Part shown: positions 41,815 through 57,165 of the stretch, piece after piece
How the letters are laid out: each line of letters starts with the position of its first letter
Position numbering within the stretch: position 1 is the stretch's first letter
Source of the DNA: Octopus sinensis
Lineage: Eukaryota
DNA length: 64,000 nt
Direction of reading: 5' to 3'
Assembly: GCF_006345805.1 (NCBI RefSeq)
Contig: NC_043010.1
Coordinates: forward strand, 38,812,001 to 38,876,000
Position numbers and translations under genes: made by a program
Notes under the pieces: model-generated
The model's input: the letters and a program-made list of their open reading frames with translations, nothing else
Told to the model about the DNA's origin: nothing
The model's database searches: none

Positions 41815-42840
41815 AGTAAAGCGACGAGCTGGCAGATTCGTTGAGACGCTCAGCGGCTTTCCGTCAGTCCTTACGTTCTGAGTTCAAATTCCACCGGGGT
41901 CGACTTAACCTCTTAGCCTTTCGGGCTAGTACTGGGGTACTTATGCCTATAGTAGAAAGGATTGTTACAAACACGAGTTAAAGTGGCCTGCTGCTTGAAT
42001 TGTTAGTGTGTCGGTCAAAATGCTTAGCTACATTTCAAGCTCTTTTAGTCCTGAGTTCAAATTCTAACGAGGATGACTTCGCTTTTATCCTTTAGGGGTC
42101 GATGAAATAAGTACCAGTTGAGAACTGTGCACGTTTTAGTCGACTTGCCACACTTTGTAAGAATTATTGGCTTCAAATTTTGGCACAGGGCCAGCAAAGT
42201 CGGCGGCGGCAGTGGTGATGGGACTTTATAAGCGATTACATCGACCCCAGTGCTCAACTGGTACTTATCTTATCACCCCGAAGGAATGAAATGTAAAGTC
42301 TACCTTTACATAAGGACGGCGAGCTGGTAGAATCGTTAGCACGCCGGGTGAAATGCATAGCGATACTTCGTCTGCCGTTATGTTCTGAATTCAAATTCTG
42401 CCGAGGTCGACTTTGTCTTTCATGCTTCCGGGGTCGATTAAATAAGTACCAGTTACGCACTGGGGTCGATATAATCGACTTTATCCCTTGTTTGTCCACA
42501 CTATGTTTAGACCCCTGTGGAAAATTTAAAAAATGAGAAATGTAAAGTCGACCTTCGAGGAATTTGAACTCAGAACAAAGACGGACGAAATGCCATCAAG
42601 CACTTTGCCCAGTGTCTTAACGATTCTATCAGATCGCCGCCTTATTTGAAAAATATTACAAGCATCAATAAGCTGGGCGACATGGTAGACTCCTTACAGT
42701 CGGTAAAACTGCTTTATGATATTTCTACCTTTTTATATTTTAAGTTCAAATCCTGCAAAGGTCGATAAAATAAACTGCCAGTCAAGATTGGGGCCAATGG
42801 TATCGATGAACCCCTCCCGCCATATTACTGACCTTGTTCC
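41815..42840. mobile_element. Cluster of ~6 SINE family B copies in alternating orientation
   Basis: Plus copies ~41815, ~41990, 42311, ~42671; minus copies ~42180-42305 and ~42530-42643. Confidence 0.8.
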
Positions 42841-42999
42841 TTATATAAAATAAAGGAAAGTGTGATGTCAAAGTGCTTGAAAGATAGCTTGTCACATTTT
42901 TTCCGACACGTTAACAAAACTGCTATCTCACCGTCTTTTTACACGCCCGTAATAAATATGACTGATGTATCAGGGTAACAACATTAAATAACCGTGTAA

Positions 43000-43360
43000 A
43001 ATGAATCCCTGAATTATGATTTCCGCAGACATGTTTAGACGACTTATGTATCACCTTACACGTGAGAGACTGTCTTCTCCTGAAGGCATTAAAAGTTTGC
43101 ATTTGATCATAGATGCTAAATACTTCATATCCTCACTTTGATTGACATCATAGGCTATCATATAATCTTTTCCGTCTATGACCCTGCCGTATTATTACAT
43201 TAATGTATAATAGACCATCTGCTACCGTTAACATTTGTGATAATCTTACGGTTCAGTCAATGTAGGCGTTTCATTTCCATTAATGCATCTCGCCAGCTTT
43301 GAAACAGGCCGGAAATTTCGACGACATTAGCACTAAATATATGATAGGTCTGTAATTACC
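43000..43360 (-). mobile_element. Very decayed RTE-like RT fragment
   Basis: Broken translation FQSWRDAL...NRK...VNQSEDMKYLASMI resembles RTE 'WR.AL...IN..KT...F.YLGS.I'. Confidence 0.3.
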
Positions 43361-44772
43361 TACTTAAGCCACTTTTATCTTATCTTTCTGGAAACGATAA
43401 TTTTGTTTGTATCATTTACTGTGTAAATCTATTAATTATTTCGAAAAATATTTTGACAAGTGTGAATTATTGAAGTTTATAAACAAGAATCCATGAAGTA
43501 CATTTAAGATTAGCTTTTCATTCTTCAAACAATTTGCCTTGCTTCTGGTATGTCTTTCAGAATTTCTGTTAGGTGTCACATGCGAGAATTACCATCACCT
43601 ATTAGAAACAGGAAAGTTAAACTTGTCTAATGATGAATCTGGGTCCTCGTATCAATTACATCTATCTATCTATCTATCTTTTTATCTATCTATCTATCTA
43701 TCTTTTTATCTATCAATCAAGCAATTAATTATATAGTTTTAATAAGATTGGATTAGCTATTTTAATAAAGCTCATGCATATCGATAAGACGTTCCTTCAG
43801 CATCTGGTCAATGTTTCGGGCTAATAATAACGCCATTAAATCATGTGTTGTTGTTGTCTCATATAGACTTACCGAGTTCTAAAAAAAAAGCACTTGTGAT
43901 TTATGGAGCGACTTAACTGCTTTTTTTTTACCGATGTGATTGACTTAAGGTTCTTTTTATCTGCTTCCGGAGTGTATTTTCTGTTATACACTTTCTGACT
44001 AATTGGGTTCGTCTCATCTTTTCCATGTTCAATAGATACCTTTCCGATTCGCTAAGCAAGAAAATGCAACTGTCTTTAATCTAGTGGGGCTTTTCTTTTA
44101 GTATATTATTAGTAACGGAGACGGGTTGTGATTCACTTAGGTTCCAGCCCACATGCCCCCGATACAACCACAGTTGTACTATTGGCATGAAAAGGTGACA
44201 GAATATACATTAAATATGTCGTTGGCTTTGTGGAGAAATTTGTGTTAGCTAAACCATGGCAAACGTAATAGAGGTGACGATACAAGAGCAGGTGATTATG
44301 TGGTTATTGCAGTAGCAGTGATGGTGAGAGTGGTAGTAGTTAGAGTAATAGTTGGGATGATGATGTCAATATTTGTATCTGTGCTTTTATTTTCTTTTGT
44401 TATTGTTGTTTCTCAACAGAGCACCATGTTGTTAAACGTATATTATTTCCTGTGTAATTGCTATCATTAATTATTCAGCAGTCATTTTAATTTGTCACTT
44501 CCTTGTATATTTTACTTGTACATTTACTGATACAAGATGCATATGTTTCAAGACGATGTTTCTGTAAAGTTGAGAATTCAAATACTTAGACACATTTCCA
44601 CGAGATTACGCAAGCATGTACATATCTGCACACCCCTCACACAAACACACAAATCTGTGTATTTGTGTGTGTGTGTTGTGTAAGTCTTACATCGATTCTC
44701 GTAATGTGTAATTATACATATTCGTTTATACGTACATACATATATATAAAATAAAACAAAACTATACTTCTT

Positions 44773-44847
<75 letters not shown>

Positions 44848-44919
44848 TATTTATATATATATATATATATTTGCATGTATGTATGTTTATATACATACAT
44901 ACACACACGCATATATATA

Positions 44920-44962
<43 letters not shown>

Positions 44963-44968
44963 TATATA

Positions 44969-45001
<33 letters not shown>

Positions 45002-46017
45002 GACTCAGTAAAGAAGATATATTGAAGAAAGCCTTATCTCTGAACGTTTTGTGTGAATGGTGACAAAGTACTTAAATCTTCAGTTCTCTTGAGGGCACAT
45101 CTTTATGGCTTAGATCTAAAGGATAGATATTGAACTATAAATTTGTGTTCGTAACTTAAAAAAAAATGTTTGTTTAAATAAATATTTATTTATTTATTGG
45201 ATTTATGTGTTTGTTTCACGTTTTTTCGCTTTCTTCTGTTATATTTTTAAAGTTATTGACTGAAAGTTTAACGAAATTATTGAAGAACAACGTACATAGC
45301 TAATTCCATGTTATTTTTACCAAACAATTACGATGCTTACTTTCTCTGTTTCTCTGTCTCTCTCTCTCTCTTTCTACGTCTCTGTCTCTGTCTGTCAGTT
45401 TGTCTTTCTGTCTCTCTGTCTTTTGTCTCTGTCTATCTTCCTTTCTCACACACATACACATAAATTCACATCCTATAGAAGCACAATACAATTACAAATG
45501 CACGGAAATAATATAGAAATATATAATTTTCAGATGTGTGTTTAAGCAAACAAGTGTATCGTTATCTTAAGATGGAATCTTTTAGAGAATGTTCTGGAAG
45601 AGATATGTTGACCAGCTAGGCATGTAAGCCATAAATTTTTTGTGGACATTGAAAGCAAATATATCGCTTATTTGAAAAAAACAAAGAAAATAACAAAAAC
45701 AGAAAGCAAAATAAAACAAGAAACGCAATTCAAATAAATGAAATTAAAATACATAAATAATTAAAATCAAATATAAAACATAACTTGATTATTTCGTACA
45801 TGAATTCCTAAATCCAATTATTGTGTCCTTTGTTGGGCTTTGTTTTGTCACATTAGTAAATTTTATTATCATTGTGTATATTTTACTATTTTGTTATCAG
45901 CAAAATTTTTCGATTCAAGCTGTCACATATTTCAAGTTTTTATTTGTATGAATAGTATGGCGGAAAGGAAGAAAGAGAAACATAAGTACATCGTGGTGGG
46001 GGATTTGGTTAGCAGTA

Positions 46018-46262
46018 TTAGGCAGCGAGCTGGCAGAATGGTTAGCACGCCGGGCGAAATGCTTAGCGGTATTTCGTCTGCCGTTACGTTCTGAGTTCAA
46101 ATTCCGCCGAGGCCGACTTTGCCTTTCATCCTTTCGGGGTCGATAAATTAAGTACCAGTTATGCACTGGGGTCGATGTAATCGACTTGATCCGTTTGTCT
46201 GTCCTTGTTTGTTCCCTCTATGTTTAGCCCCTTGTGGGTAATAAAGAAATCAGTATTTGATC
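46018..46262 (+). mobile_element. SINE family B, near-consensus full-length copy
   Basis: Complete head, core and tail ...GTGGGTAATAAAGAAAT, followed by the start of a second headless unit. Confidence 0.9.
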
Positions 46263-47029
46263 ACTGGTTTTTATGGTGTATTATATTCTGGGTTCAAATC
46301 CCACCAAGTTTGGATTTTTTTTTCACTCTTCCAAGGTTTATAAACTAAATACGAGTCGAATGCTCGTATACATAGAAATAAGGAGGACCATACGTTTTGT
46401 CATACTGCTCATCACCGAAAGGTTAAGAAATTGTTGCTTACAATTAATCGCTGCTAAATAGTAAAGAACACGTGAATGCAAGTTATAGACGGTTAATTAT
46501 TGGTTAAGCAGCGAATTTGGACAAACAATCAAAAGGTCGGAAGTTTGTATTCTGTTTTTGGAAGTTATGATGTGTCCATGTCCAAAACTCTTAAATTCTA
46601 CCTGGCTTCTTCTGTATTAAAATAGTTTATTACCGTTGACAGGTTCGTTATTTTTTTAATTGCAAATATACTTTTGGCTTGTAATTCTGAATTCGCTTCA
46701 GGTGTGAGATATTAGAAGCAAATCATTGGGCATATAACTGTGGGTATTTTGGTCCCATTCTCCACCGTAATGATATTTTCAGTACCGCAGAAATTAATAT
46801 CATGAAATTATGTGTGAAATGTGAGAAGGCGAAGACTTGTTCGAGGGCAGAAAAACTGGAAAAGGAATGCTTTCTCATGGAGACTATCTTATATTTAAAC
46901 ACTGTAATCTGTGTATGCTGCTGTCGCCATTTAAAACTTTAAATGAATCTATGATCAACGAAATTCCACTTTTAACCCTATCATTTTATTTCAGGCAATG
47001 TATCTAGGTTTAATTTACACAATATGTCC

Positions 47030-47388
47030 ATTATTTGTTTAAGATAGTAAGGTGTCATATGAAAGAAGTTGGTCTTTTACTCCAAGTAGGTCGAGTGGTT
47101 ACACAACGGACTTCCTTATTGAATCACGTGAATATGTGTAATGTTCCTTCTCAAGACATGACAGGCCGATTAGGGCCGGTTTCCCGGTTTCAGTGGTGTA
47201 GAAATTCCCCACCTGGATGGGACGCCGGTCCGTCGCAGGATTACTCATTTTTGCCAGCTGAGTGGACTGGAGCAACGTAAAATGAAGTATTTTGCTCAAG
47301 AACACAGCGTATCGCTCCGTCCAGGAATCGAATCCACAACCTTACGATCATGAGTTCAACACACTAAGCACTTAGCCACGCGCTTACA
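47030..47388 (-). mobile_element. tRNA-derived SINE with V-SINE-like core
   Basis: Head GTGGCTAAGTG...GGATTCGATTCC; core CCTGCGACGGACCGGCGTCCCATCCAGG. V-domain assignment from memory. Confidence 0.65.
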
Positions 47389-48229
47389 CAATATGTGTAA
47401 TGTATGAACAACTGAGTATATAAGACGTTTCTATCAGGTTTATCTTCTTTTCTTTTTCAGGTACAAATATTTTTCTTCAAGGAAACCTGTCCCGTCACGC
47501 AATATGCTGTATTGTGTTCTTTTCCCATTGCTATAGCAAGATGTGGTTGCGTTTCATTCGTTGGTGTTGTTTATGAATGGTCAGCTTCAAATGTAAAGAT
47601 ATACGACCAAAAGTATTTCAGTTATGACCATCCCGCCTTTTTGTATATCAGCAAAAACATTTTTCAGCGTGTCGTTTCTTTTCTGAAGGCAGCTGGAAGT
47701 TTAAGAGTAACTTGGCAGCTCTATATTGCAAATCAAGAAACCCTGACTTGTTTCTTCTTTGTATCATTATTATTGTCTTCTCCTGTTGTAATACTCCTAT
47801 CTGCAGCAGGTTGTAATATCAGTATATAAGAGAAGGAATCGAAATAGCAAGACTGGCGAAAGTATACGAACTCCTGATTTCCAGCCGAATTTCACTGTCG
47901 TCAGTCGAATCAAGAGTACATATCTAGCTATAAACTATCTGAACCAAACGTTGCGTTGGCATTCGATTGCAACCCAGCGACCTTAGCACATTAGGAACGC
48001 GAACATAAAGACTCAAGTCGATTTATATCCGTTTCATTTCAATGGTTTTCATGACATTTCAGAAAATAAAAAGCATACACATACATAAATACATACATAC
48101 ATACTTACATACAAATGTGTATATATACCATATCTATACTTGTATACACTCACTCATCTATATAGATATACATATGTATACACACAAACACACACACACA
48201 AACACACACACACACACACACATATATAT

Positions 48230-49260
<1,031 letters not shown>

Positions 49261-49458
49261 TATAAAAAAATCATAATTGCACTGAATCGAGCAAAACAAA
49301 ATGGATGACAAAAAGCATCACTAAAAAAATATCGGAAAAAATATTCCCCCAAACAAACAATATTAATGAGAGCTGGGGCATTAAATGTTACGCCCTTTCG
49401 GAAATTGCCTAGAAGTACTAGTAGTAGTAGTAGTAGTAGTAGTGGTAGTAGTAGTAGT

Positions 49459-49498
<40 letters not shown>

Positions 49499-49869
49499 TA
49501 GTAGTAGTAGTAGTAGTAGTAGTAGCAGCAGTAGTAGTAGTAGTCGTAGTAGATGGAATAGGAGTAGTGATGAAAATAGTTTGCGTTTATTTGTCATATG
49601 GGTGATATTTAAGTAGGCGTTATGCGGCAGTTAATGCATTATTGATTGTTAAAAAGTTAAAAAAGTTAAAAACGAAAACGGAAATAAAAAGAAGTAAAAA
49701 AAAAGAATAGATATATAAAACAGGAATAATGTAAATAACCGGAACTATAAGAACAACAACATAGTCATGTACAATTTAGTCGTAATCATCTTCACAAAAT
49801 GTTGATATCTAGAATCGGTATAAATCTCATTATAGGCACAAGGGCCAGTAAATTACACATCTTGGCCGG

Positions 49870-50935
49870 CTAGCACAGCGGCTTAACATTAATGTTGGTT
49901 TCAAGTTTTAAGACAAAGTCAGCAATTTTGAGGTAGTGAGTAAGTCGATTAAACCGACCCCAGTATACAACTGGTACTCATCTTACCGATTCCGAAAGGA
50001 TGAAAGGTAAAGTCAACCTTGGTGGAATTTGATTTCATCCAGAAAGTAAAGTCGGACGAAATGCCTCTAAACATCCCCCCCCCGTGCTAATGATTTTGAC
50101 AGCACACCGCCCAAGCACGAATATAATCCTTAGGGCAAGCGAGCTGGCAGAATCGTTAGCACGCCGGGTAAAATGCATAGAGGCATTTCGTAAGTCTTTA
50201 CTTTCTGAGTTCAAATTTCGCCGAGTTCGACTTTGCCTTTCATCCTTTTGGGGTTGATAAATTAAGTACCAGTTGAATTGTACCAGAAAATTCAGTGCCA
50301 GTAATCGACTTAGCTCCTCTCCCAAACCTGCTGGTCTTTTGCGAAAATTTGAAATCAATATCCCTTCTGCTATTTGCACAAGGTCTGAAGTTTGGGGAGA
50401 AGGGACCAGTCAATTTCATCAACCCTAGTGCATAGTATGTATTTTATTGACCCGAAAGAATGAAATAAAAATTCGATCTCAACTCAGAAATTAAAATTAC
50501 AAACGGAAAATAATTTTTATTTCTTTATTGCCAACAAAGGGTTAAACTTATAGGGGGACAAGCAAGGACAGACAAAGGGATTAAGTCGCTTAAATCGACC
50601 CCAGTGCTCAAATGGTACTTTATTTATCGACCTCGATAGGATAAAAGGCAAACTCGACGTCGACGGAATTTGAACTAAGAACGTAACAGCAGACGAAATA
50701 GCTATTTCTTTACTACCCACAAGGGGCTAAACACAGAGAGGACAAACAAGGACAGAGAAACGGATTAAGTCGATTATATCGATCCCAGTGCGTAACAGAT
50801 ACTTATTTAATTGACCCTGAAAGGATGAAAGGCAAAGTCGACCTCGGCGGAATTTGAACTCAGAACGTAGCGGCAGACGAAATACCGCTACGCATTTCGC
50901 ACGGCGTGCTAACGATTCTTCCCAGTTCGCCGCCC
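49870..50935. mobile_element. SINE family B cluster (head-to-head pair plus minus-strand multimer)
   Basis: Minus copy ~49900-50114, plus copy 50130-50360, minus multimer ~50380-50935. Confidence 0.85.
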
Positions 50936-51289
50936 TTTTAATTCTGCTAAGTATTGTTTTTGGTGCGCTAAAGAATTTGATCGCTCAATAATATTAATAA
51001 TGATAATAATAATCTTTTCTTCAACAGGCACATGACCTGAAATTTTGGGATAATAACCCTTCCTACTATTGGCAGAAAGCCTGACATTTTTCAATAGGGG
51101 GACTACACAATCTCATCGAATCAAGTTTGACCCTGAAAGGAATTTGAAGTCATAACGGAAACACGGAAGAAATTCTTCTACTCATTTTCTTCGATGCGCT
51201 GAGTGCTTTAGTAATAATAACATTAAAAGAGAGAAAAAAAAGCAAAACAAAAAATATAAACAGTGTGAGATTAAGAACTTTGTAATTTC

Positions 51290-51386
51290 CTACCAAAAAA
51301 GAATCGATATCAAGCAATTAAAATATCAGAGTCTATCCAGAGAGCTGAAAAGACTGGCATACTAAGACAGTTCCCAAAATGCTACC

Positions 51387-51418
<32 letters not shown>

Positions 51419-51560
51419 TGATGCAGTATCTAAGAAACGTCAGTCTTTTTTGGGACATGGATAGTTATCATCCTGTCTGTTCTTGAGATTTGAGGAGAGT
51501 TATTATCAGGGGACCTCAAGATAACATTACTGCAAATTAGATTAGCTTGTACTGTCTTGA
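51290..51560. mobile_element. Decayed RLE (R4-like) fragments on opposite strands around (TAA)n
   Basis: Plus strand: KQLKYQSLSRELKRL(W)HTKTVP. Minus strand: VKTV...QKT..L.TAHI with indels. Confidence 0.4.
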
Positions 51561-51829
51561 CAACAACAACAACAAAATCAACAACAAAAACAATAATAAT
51601 AATAATATTAATAATAATAATAATGATAATAATAATAATAATAATAGTGATAATAATCCTTCCAGCTACTGGCTGGTACAGAGCCTGACATTTTCCAGTT
51701 GGGTGACTCAAGTGCGACACTTACCTAATTTCATTGAAGTTGAAATGATGAAAGGCAAAAACCGACATCGGCGTCATTTGAAGTCTAAGACGGAAACAGT
51801 GCCACGAAGCATTTTGTTCGGTGCGGTAA

Positions 51830-52450
51830 CAATTCAGCCATTTCGCTGCCCGAAATTTGGGGGAGGGGACTAGTCGACTACATCAACCCCCCAGTGTTTC
51901 ACTGGTACTTAATTCATGGACCACGAAGGAATGAAAGGCAGAGTCGACCTCGGAAGAATTTTAGCTCAGAAGATAAATACTTATTTCTTTACTACCCACA
52001 AGGGGCTAAACACAGAGAGGACAAACAAGGACAGACATATGGATTAAGTCGATTATATCGACTCCAGTGCGTAACTGGTACTTAATTTATCGACCCCGAT
52101 AGGATGAAAGGCAAAGTCGACCTTGGCGGAATTTGAACTCAGAACGTAACGGCAAACGAAATACGGCTACGCATTTCACCCGGTGTGCTAACGATTCTGC
52201 CAGCTGGTCGCCATTTTAATAATAATAATTATCTTTATTTAAAATTTTTGACATAAAAGCAGTCTGGGGAGGTGGGGATGAGTCGATTACATCGACCCCG
52301 TTGTTCAACTGGTTCTTATTTAATCGACCCCGAAAGCTGGAAAGGCAAAGTTGACCTCGCAGGAAATTGAACTCAGAAATTAGCGACGGGCGAAATACCG
52401 CTAAGTATTTCGTCCAATATGCTAACAATTCTTCCAGCTCACCATCTTTT
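51830..52450 (-). mobile_element. SINE family B dimer plus one further copy
   Basis: Same fixed junction at ~51980; separate copy ~52250-52445. Confidence 0.8.
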
Positions 52451-52537
52451 TTAATAGTAGTAGTACTCATAATGATGATAGTAATAATGATAATAGTAAT
52501 AATGATAATAGTAATAATGATAATAATAATAATACTG

Positions 52538-52574
<37 letters not shown>

Positions 52575-52592
52575 TAATAATAATAATAATAA

Positions 52593-53146
52593 TGTGATGC
52601 AGTACCAGACATTGTCACTCATGGATCCTCATCTTAACTGATTGGAAGTGTTATGTACGTTGTTTTGTCTTGGTATAAAAGATGGGCTACAGCAAATATT
52701 TGGCTCAATACCACATATTTGCTTTTCAGTTGTTTGACCATTACCATTTGAGCATGTCCCTTAGTGGCTGACGATATGTGCATCACTTATCACGGGCAGA
52801 AGTAGTGGGGGAGCATCATATTAATGTGCTGAGAGGAATTCTTTGTCGTTTAAATAATTCTCCTTTGGAAATACGGTTATTTCTTTCAACATCCTTAAAC
52901 AATCCTTATTCAGGGACATTTTGAGCCGGATGGGCTACTCAACATGAAGAAAATTCTAACTGGGCCCCAACTGCAGGTCATGCGCTCTTTATCTTGATAT
53001 GAAATCACCATGTCGTGCACATATGGTGGTGATGCATGTGCCTGGTGAACCCTTATCAGACGGGTAGTCATGATGGGTATACTGGGCTTCGTATATTTTA
53101 CCCCAGTGTCACTTTGATGACATGCACTGCTTCCTCACTCAACAAT
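52593..53146 (+). mobile_element. ~560-bp TAA-associated element, fourth copy
   Basis: Reverse complement of the 35566-36121 copy; (TAA)n on both sides. Confidence 0.9.
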
Positions 53147-53930
53147 AACAATAATGATAATAATGATGATAGTGGTTTCAAATATATGCACAAGGCCTAA
53201 AGGTTTGGGAACAGTTCTAGTCAATTACATCGAAACCAATTCTAGATTGATACGTATTTATAGCGAGCGAATTCATGAAATGCAAAGCAGAACTTGGCAG
53301 GAGTTGAGCTCAGAACCTAAAGACGGACGAAATACTAAGGATTTTTTCCGGCATGGTAAAGATTCTGCCAGTTCGCTGCTCTAACGATGATGATGATGAT
53401 GAGAATGATGATGCAGTATGATGATGATCGTGATGATAATGTAATGATGATGAAAATGATGATGAATATGACGATGATGACGATGACGACGATGACGATG
53501 ATGATGACCTCTGAAGAGCTGAAATGCTGAAGCAGTTTATATTGAAGCGAAAATAATCCGCGATATGCGACAAGGGAACTGTGAAGCCAACTGAAGAGAT
53601 ATTAAGAGCAAAAACAATAATATATATGTATGTATGTATGTAGGTATCTGTGTGTGTGTATATATGTGGTGATTCCTGTGGATGGATGGATCTATTTCTC
53701 TTTTTATCTTTGTCTATGTGGTCGGTGTATGTATACAAACATCGGTTTAATGTGTCTGTGTATGTTCATGTATTATAATATAAGTATATAGGACATATAT
53801 TGCTGCGTATGCTGACTTAAAATATACATCATGTACATATATATATATATATAGGTATATACACATACATACACACACACACATATATATATCGTGTATA
53901 TATAAATATAATTAAATATATATATATATA

Positions 53931-56900
53931 CGCCGCCACCGAACCCAAGACTGAAGAAGTTTGAGGACGACTTGTGGGACATAGTTAGAAAGATTAAGTT
54001 CAGGAAGTCACACCAGGAGAAATGCCCACCTCAGATACCTAGATAAAATTACCAAGGACATTAATAGAACGGACGGAGTCCTGGTCCAGTCGACAAGACC
54101 AGGAACACATACAAGATGCCCATTAAGCAGTACCTAGATTTACTCGGTAAAGAGATCAAGAAAAATTATAGAGAAAACCAATTGGAGTACCCTGAGGAAG
54201 GTAAACTTGGAAATTAAGGATATAATATTTAAACACCGAATTCAAATGAGAACTCAGCCGCTTAGCCCCAAGCAACCCAGATTTATAGTGAAGGACCATA
54301 AACCTAACTTCCACACCAACCCAGCGCTAAGACTCATATGCCCTGCTAGATCTGATATCGGGATAATCAGTAAGTACATTTTAGATAAATATATCCCTAG
54401 TTTAGTAAACAAGCTGAAGCTCAGCCTCTGGGCCAACTCCTCGCAGTAGTGAAGTGGTTCTCTTCCATCCCCAATAAGAACCGTACTAGGTTCATTCAGT
54501 TTGATATCGCCAGCTTCTACCACCCTCGATTAACCCTAGTGTGCTAAATAAGGCCCTCTGGCATGCTCACAACAAGGCAGGCCTCACCAGAGAAGAGATA
54601 GATATCATTTTAGTTGCCAGGAAATCGTTTATTAAGTTTGATAATAAGCTGTGGATCCGTAAGGATACTCCCAATGAATTTGATGTGCCTATGGGTAGTT
54701 CGGATAGTGCGCAGATAGCCGATTTGGTCGGAATATATTTCTCTACGAATTGTCCGATCAATCCCGGAGATCGCGGGCGGCCTGTATCGTGACGATTGTC
54801 TGTTTTACCTGCAAAACACCACGAACAGAATAGTGCAGAAAACTAAGAGCAGGTTAGCTAGGTTTTTTAATAGAATGGGCATGAGTATAGTTTTTGATAA
54901 CGAACTCACCAAGGCTAATTTCCTAGACGTTACACTTAACCTTAATAGCGACTCATACTGCCCTTACCATAAGCCTTCCACTAATTTGAAGTATGTCAGT
55001 GTTTCTCAAATCATGCCAAAAACCGTAACAGACAATTTGGTTAAAAACATCTCTCTAAGATTGTCTGGCCTGTCCGCCAGTGCCGATATTTTTATGCAGA
55101 AAGCGGATTTTTATAACGCCGCACTATCCAAGGCCGGTTATAGGCAGAAGGTAATTTATATTGATCCGGCCCTTCCGATGCCATCATTCGGTCATCAGGA
55201 TAGGGCCGTATATAATAACATTAACATTTTAAGTAAGGACGGGAGCGCGGCGGATACCGGGGTAGTCGCTCCCGCATTTAATTTAGCGAACAAGGATAAT
55301 TATCGGTCCGGGAGGTCTTACACTAACCCAAGACCCGTTATTCATCCGAGAATCACCCACCCAAATGCGAGAGCTGGCGTCCCGACCCATCACACTGATA
55401 GGAATAAGCATATATGGTTTGTAATCCCCTTTGGTAAGCAGATTAGAACTAACCTCCCCCTCATGTTTAGACAAGCCATCGCCAATAACTTCCCCAGAAA
55501 TTCAAATATTACTCCACGGTTAACTCACATAAAGTTAGGATAGCTTTCTCCAACACTAAAAACCTCGCCCAGATAATCGCCTCCCATAATAATAGGCTAC
55601 TTACTAAGACCCTATCACCTTTTTCCGGAGGCACAGCCTCTTCCGCTCCCGGTTTAATGCTCAGTAGGAATAATTATAGTAGTAATAATGATATGAGAGC
55701 CAGTACAGTGACACATAATCTCAGCTCCAGCCAGGGAGTACCCACTAGGGGTATAGTTATAAATAGGGGTGTTGTGGTTGATGGTAACAATGGGAGTAGG
55801 GTAGAGAGCCCCTTTAGCATCCCCAGCATCATTTCCCGCAATAGCAGTACCACGGGCAGTAGCAATGACAGCACTCTGATAGATAGTGGAGAATCAGGGA
55901 TTATTCCTATAGTTAATAGTGACGTAGTGGAAAATAGAGTAGTAAGCGGCTGCAGGTCTCGGAACGAATATAGTGACAGGAACGCAGTTCTAATAATTCA
56001 GAAACCAATCCTAGCAGAGTAAGATTCACGTCGGCGAACTCCAAGATCAGAAACGCCGTCTACCAATGCAAGGTTCACACGGACTCAGATGCCTTCACTT
56101 ATATAGGGGCATCATCCTCAAGATTGTCTTTGCGTGTCTCCAACCATTACGCAACTTTTCGGGACGTGAACAAGCGCCAGACCACGGGACTCAGTAAGCT
56201 AATATGGCGACTGAAGGATGCGAACTTAAGCTATAGGCTGGAATGGTCAATTTTGTCGGTGGCCCTCCCATTTGATAGGGGCAGAAGACAGTGCAACCTT
56301 TGTGTCTCCGAACTCTTCCATATTTTGTTTGCCAGAGGCCGGATGGTAAACGGGCTCTTACAGTCGGCTTTTCGATGCCCCCATTGGCGGCGTTACACTT
56401 ATCTGGCCTTTAAATAGCGTTTATAAATAAGACCGGCACCCATAGCCCTTGGTAACAAATTCTGTGAAATAGATTTTAAGATATCTACAATTAACCACTG
56501 CAAGGGAAATTACTCCTGTAAGACAAACGGGGCTTGTTTTTCACAGCGGGGGGTTTCCTTGTCAAGGTAGGCTTAGATGAACACACACACACACACATAA
56601 AACATAAATTATATATATATAATTTCTTTATTTTTTTCTTTCTGCCACCCAACGGTTATCACGGCAGTAGCCACTGACAGCCGAACGATAAACGCACACA
56701 CGTACACAAAAAATGTTTTTACCCCTACGCCAACACACACATATATAGAACAGTATACACACACACACGTCTCTAAGTAGAATTTTTCTCGCCCCTTATA
56801 AAACATCCAATATTCTTTAAATAGTCAGAACTTTATTCTCGGTCACAAAGAACATCTATACACCCTCACCCACATTTTGACCGATGCCTGACCTGTTGAA

Positions 56901-57165
56901 TTCTTCAGCCACCGGTTCTCAACATACACTGATAAACAGTTCGCCAAGGGCTCTTAGGAGCACAGTTCGATTTGTTTTTGCTCTGCCTCTGTTCTGTTTT
57001 TGTTTTTCCAACGGATTTCCTTTTTTCTTCCTGAAGAGAAAGACACAATATGGTCCCATTATTCAATCGGATTTGGTAATTTGTGCCTTTCGAAACACGT
57101 GTAGAATGAAAAAACGATTTCTGTTCAATCTGCGTTCAGCTCCATTTCTTCAATTCACCAATATG

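Noticed and set aside
43770-44260. Possible decayed RT fragment on the minus strand
   Set aside because: Too degenerate to assign by eye.
47461-47829. Open frame after a strong acceptor (TTTTCTTTTTCAG)
   Set aside because: No recognisable domain, no clear donor; compatible with chance in AT-rich DNA.
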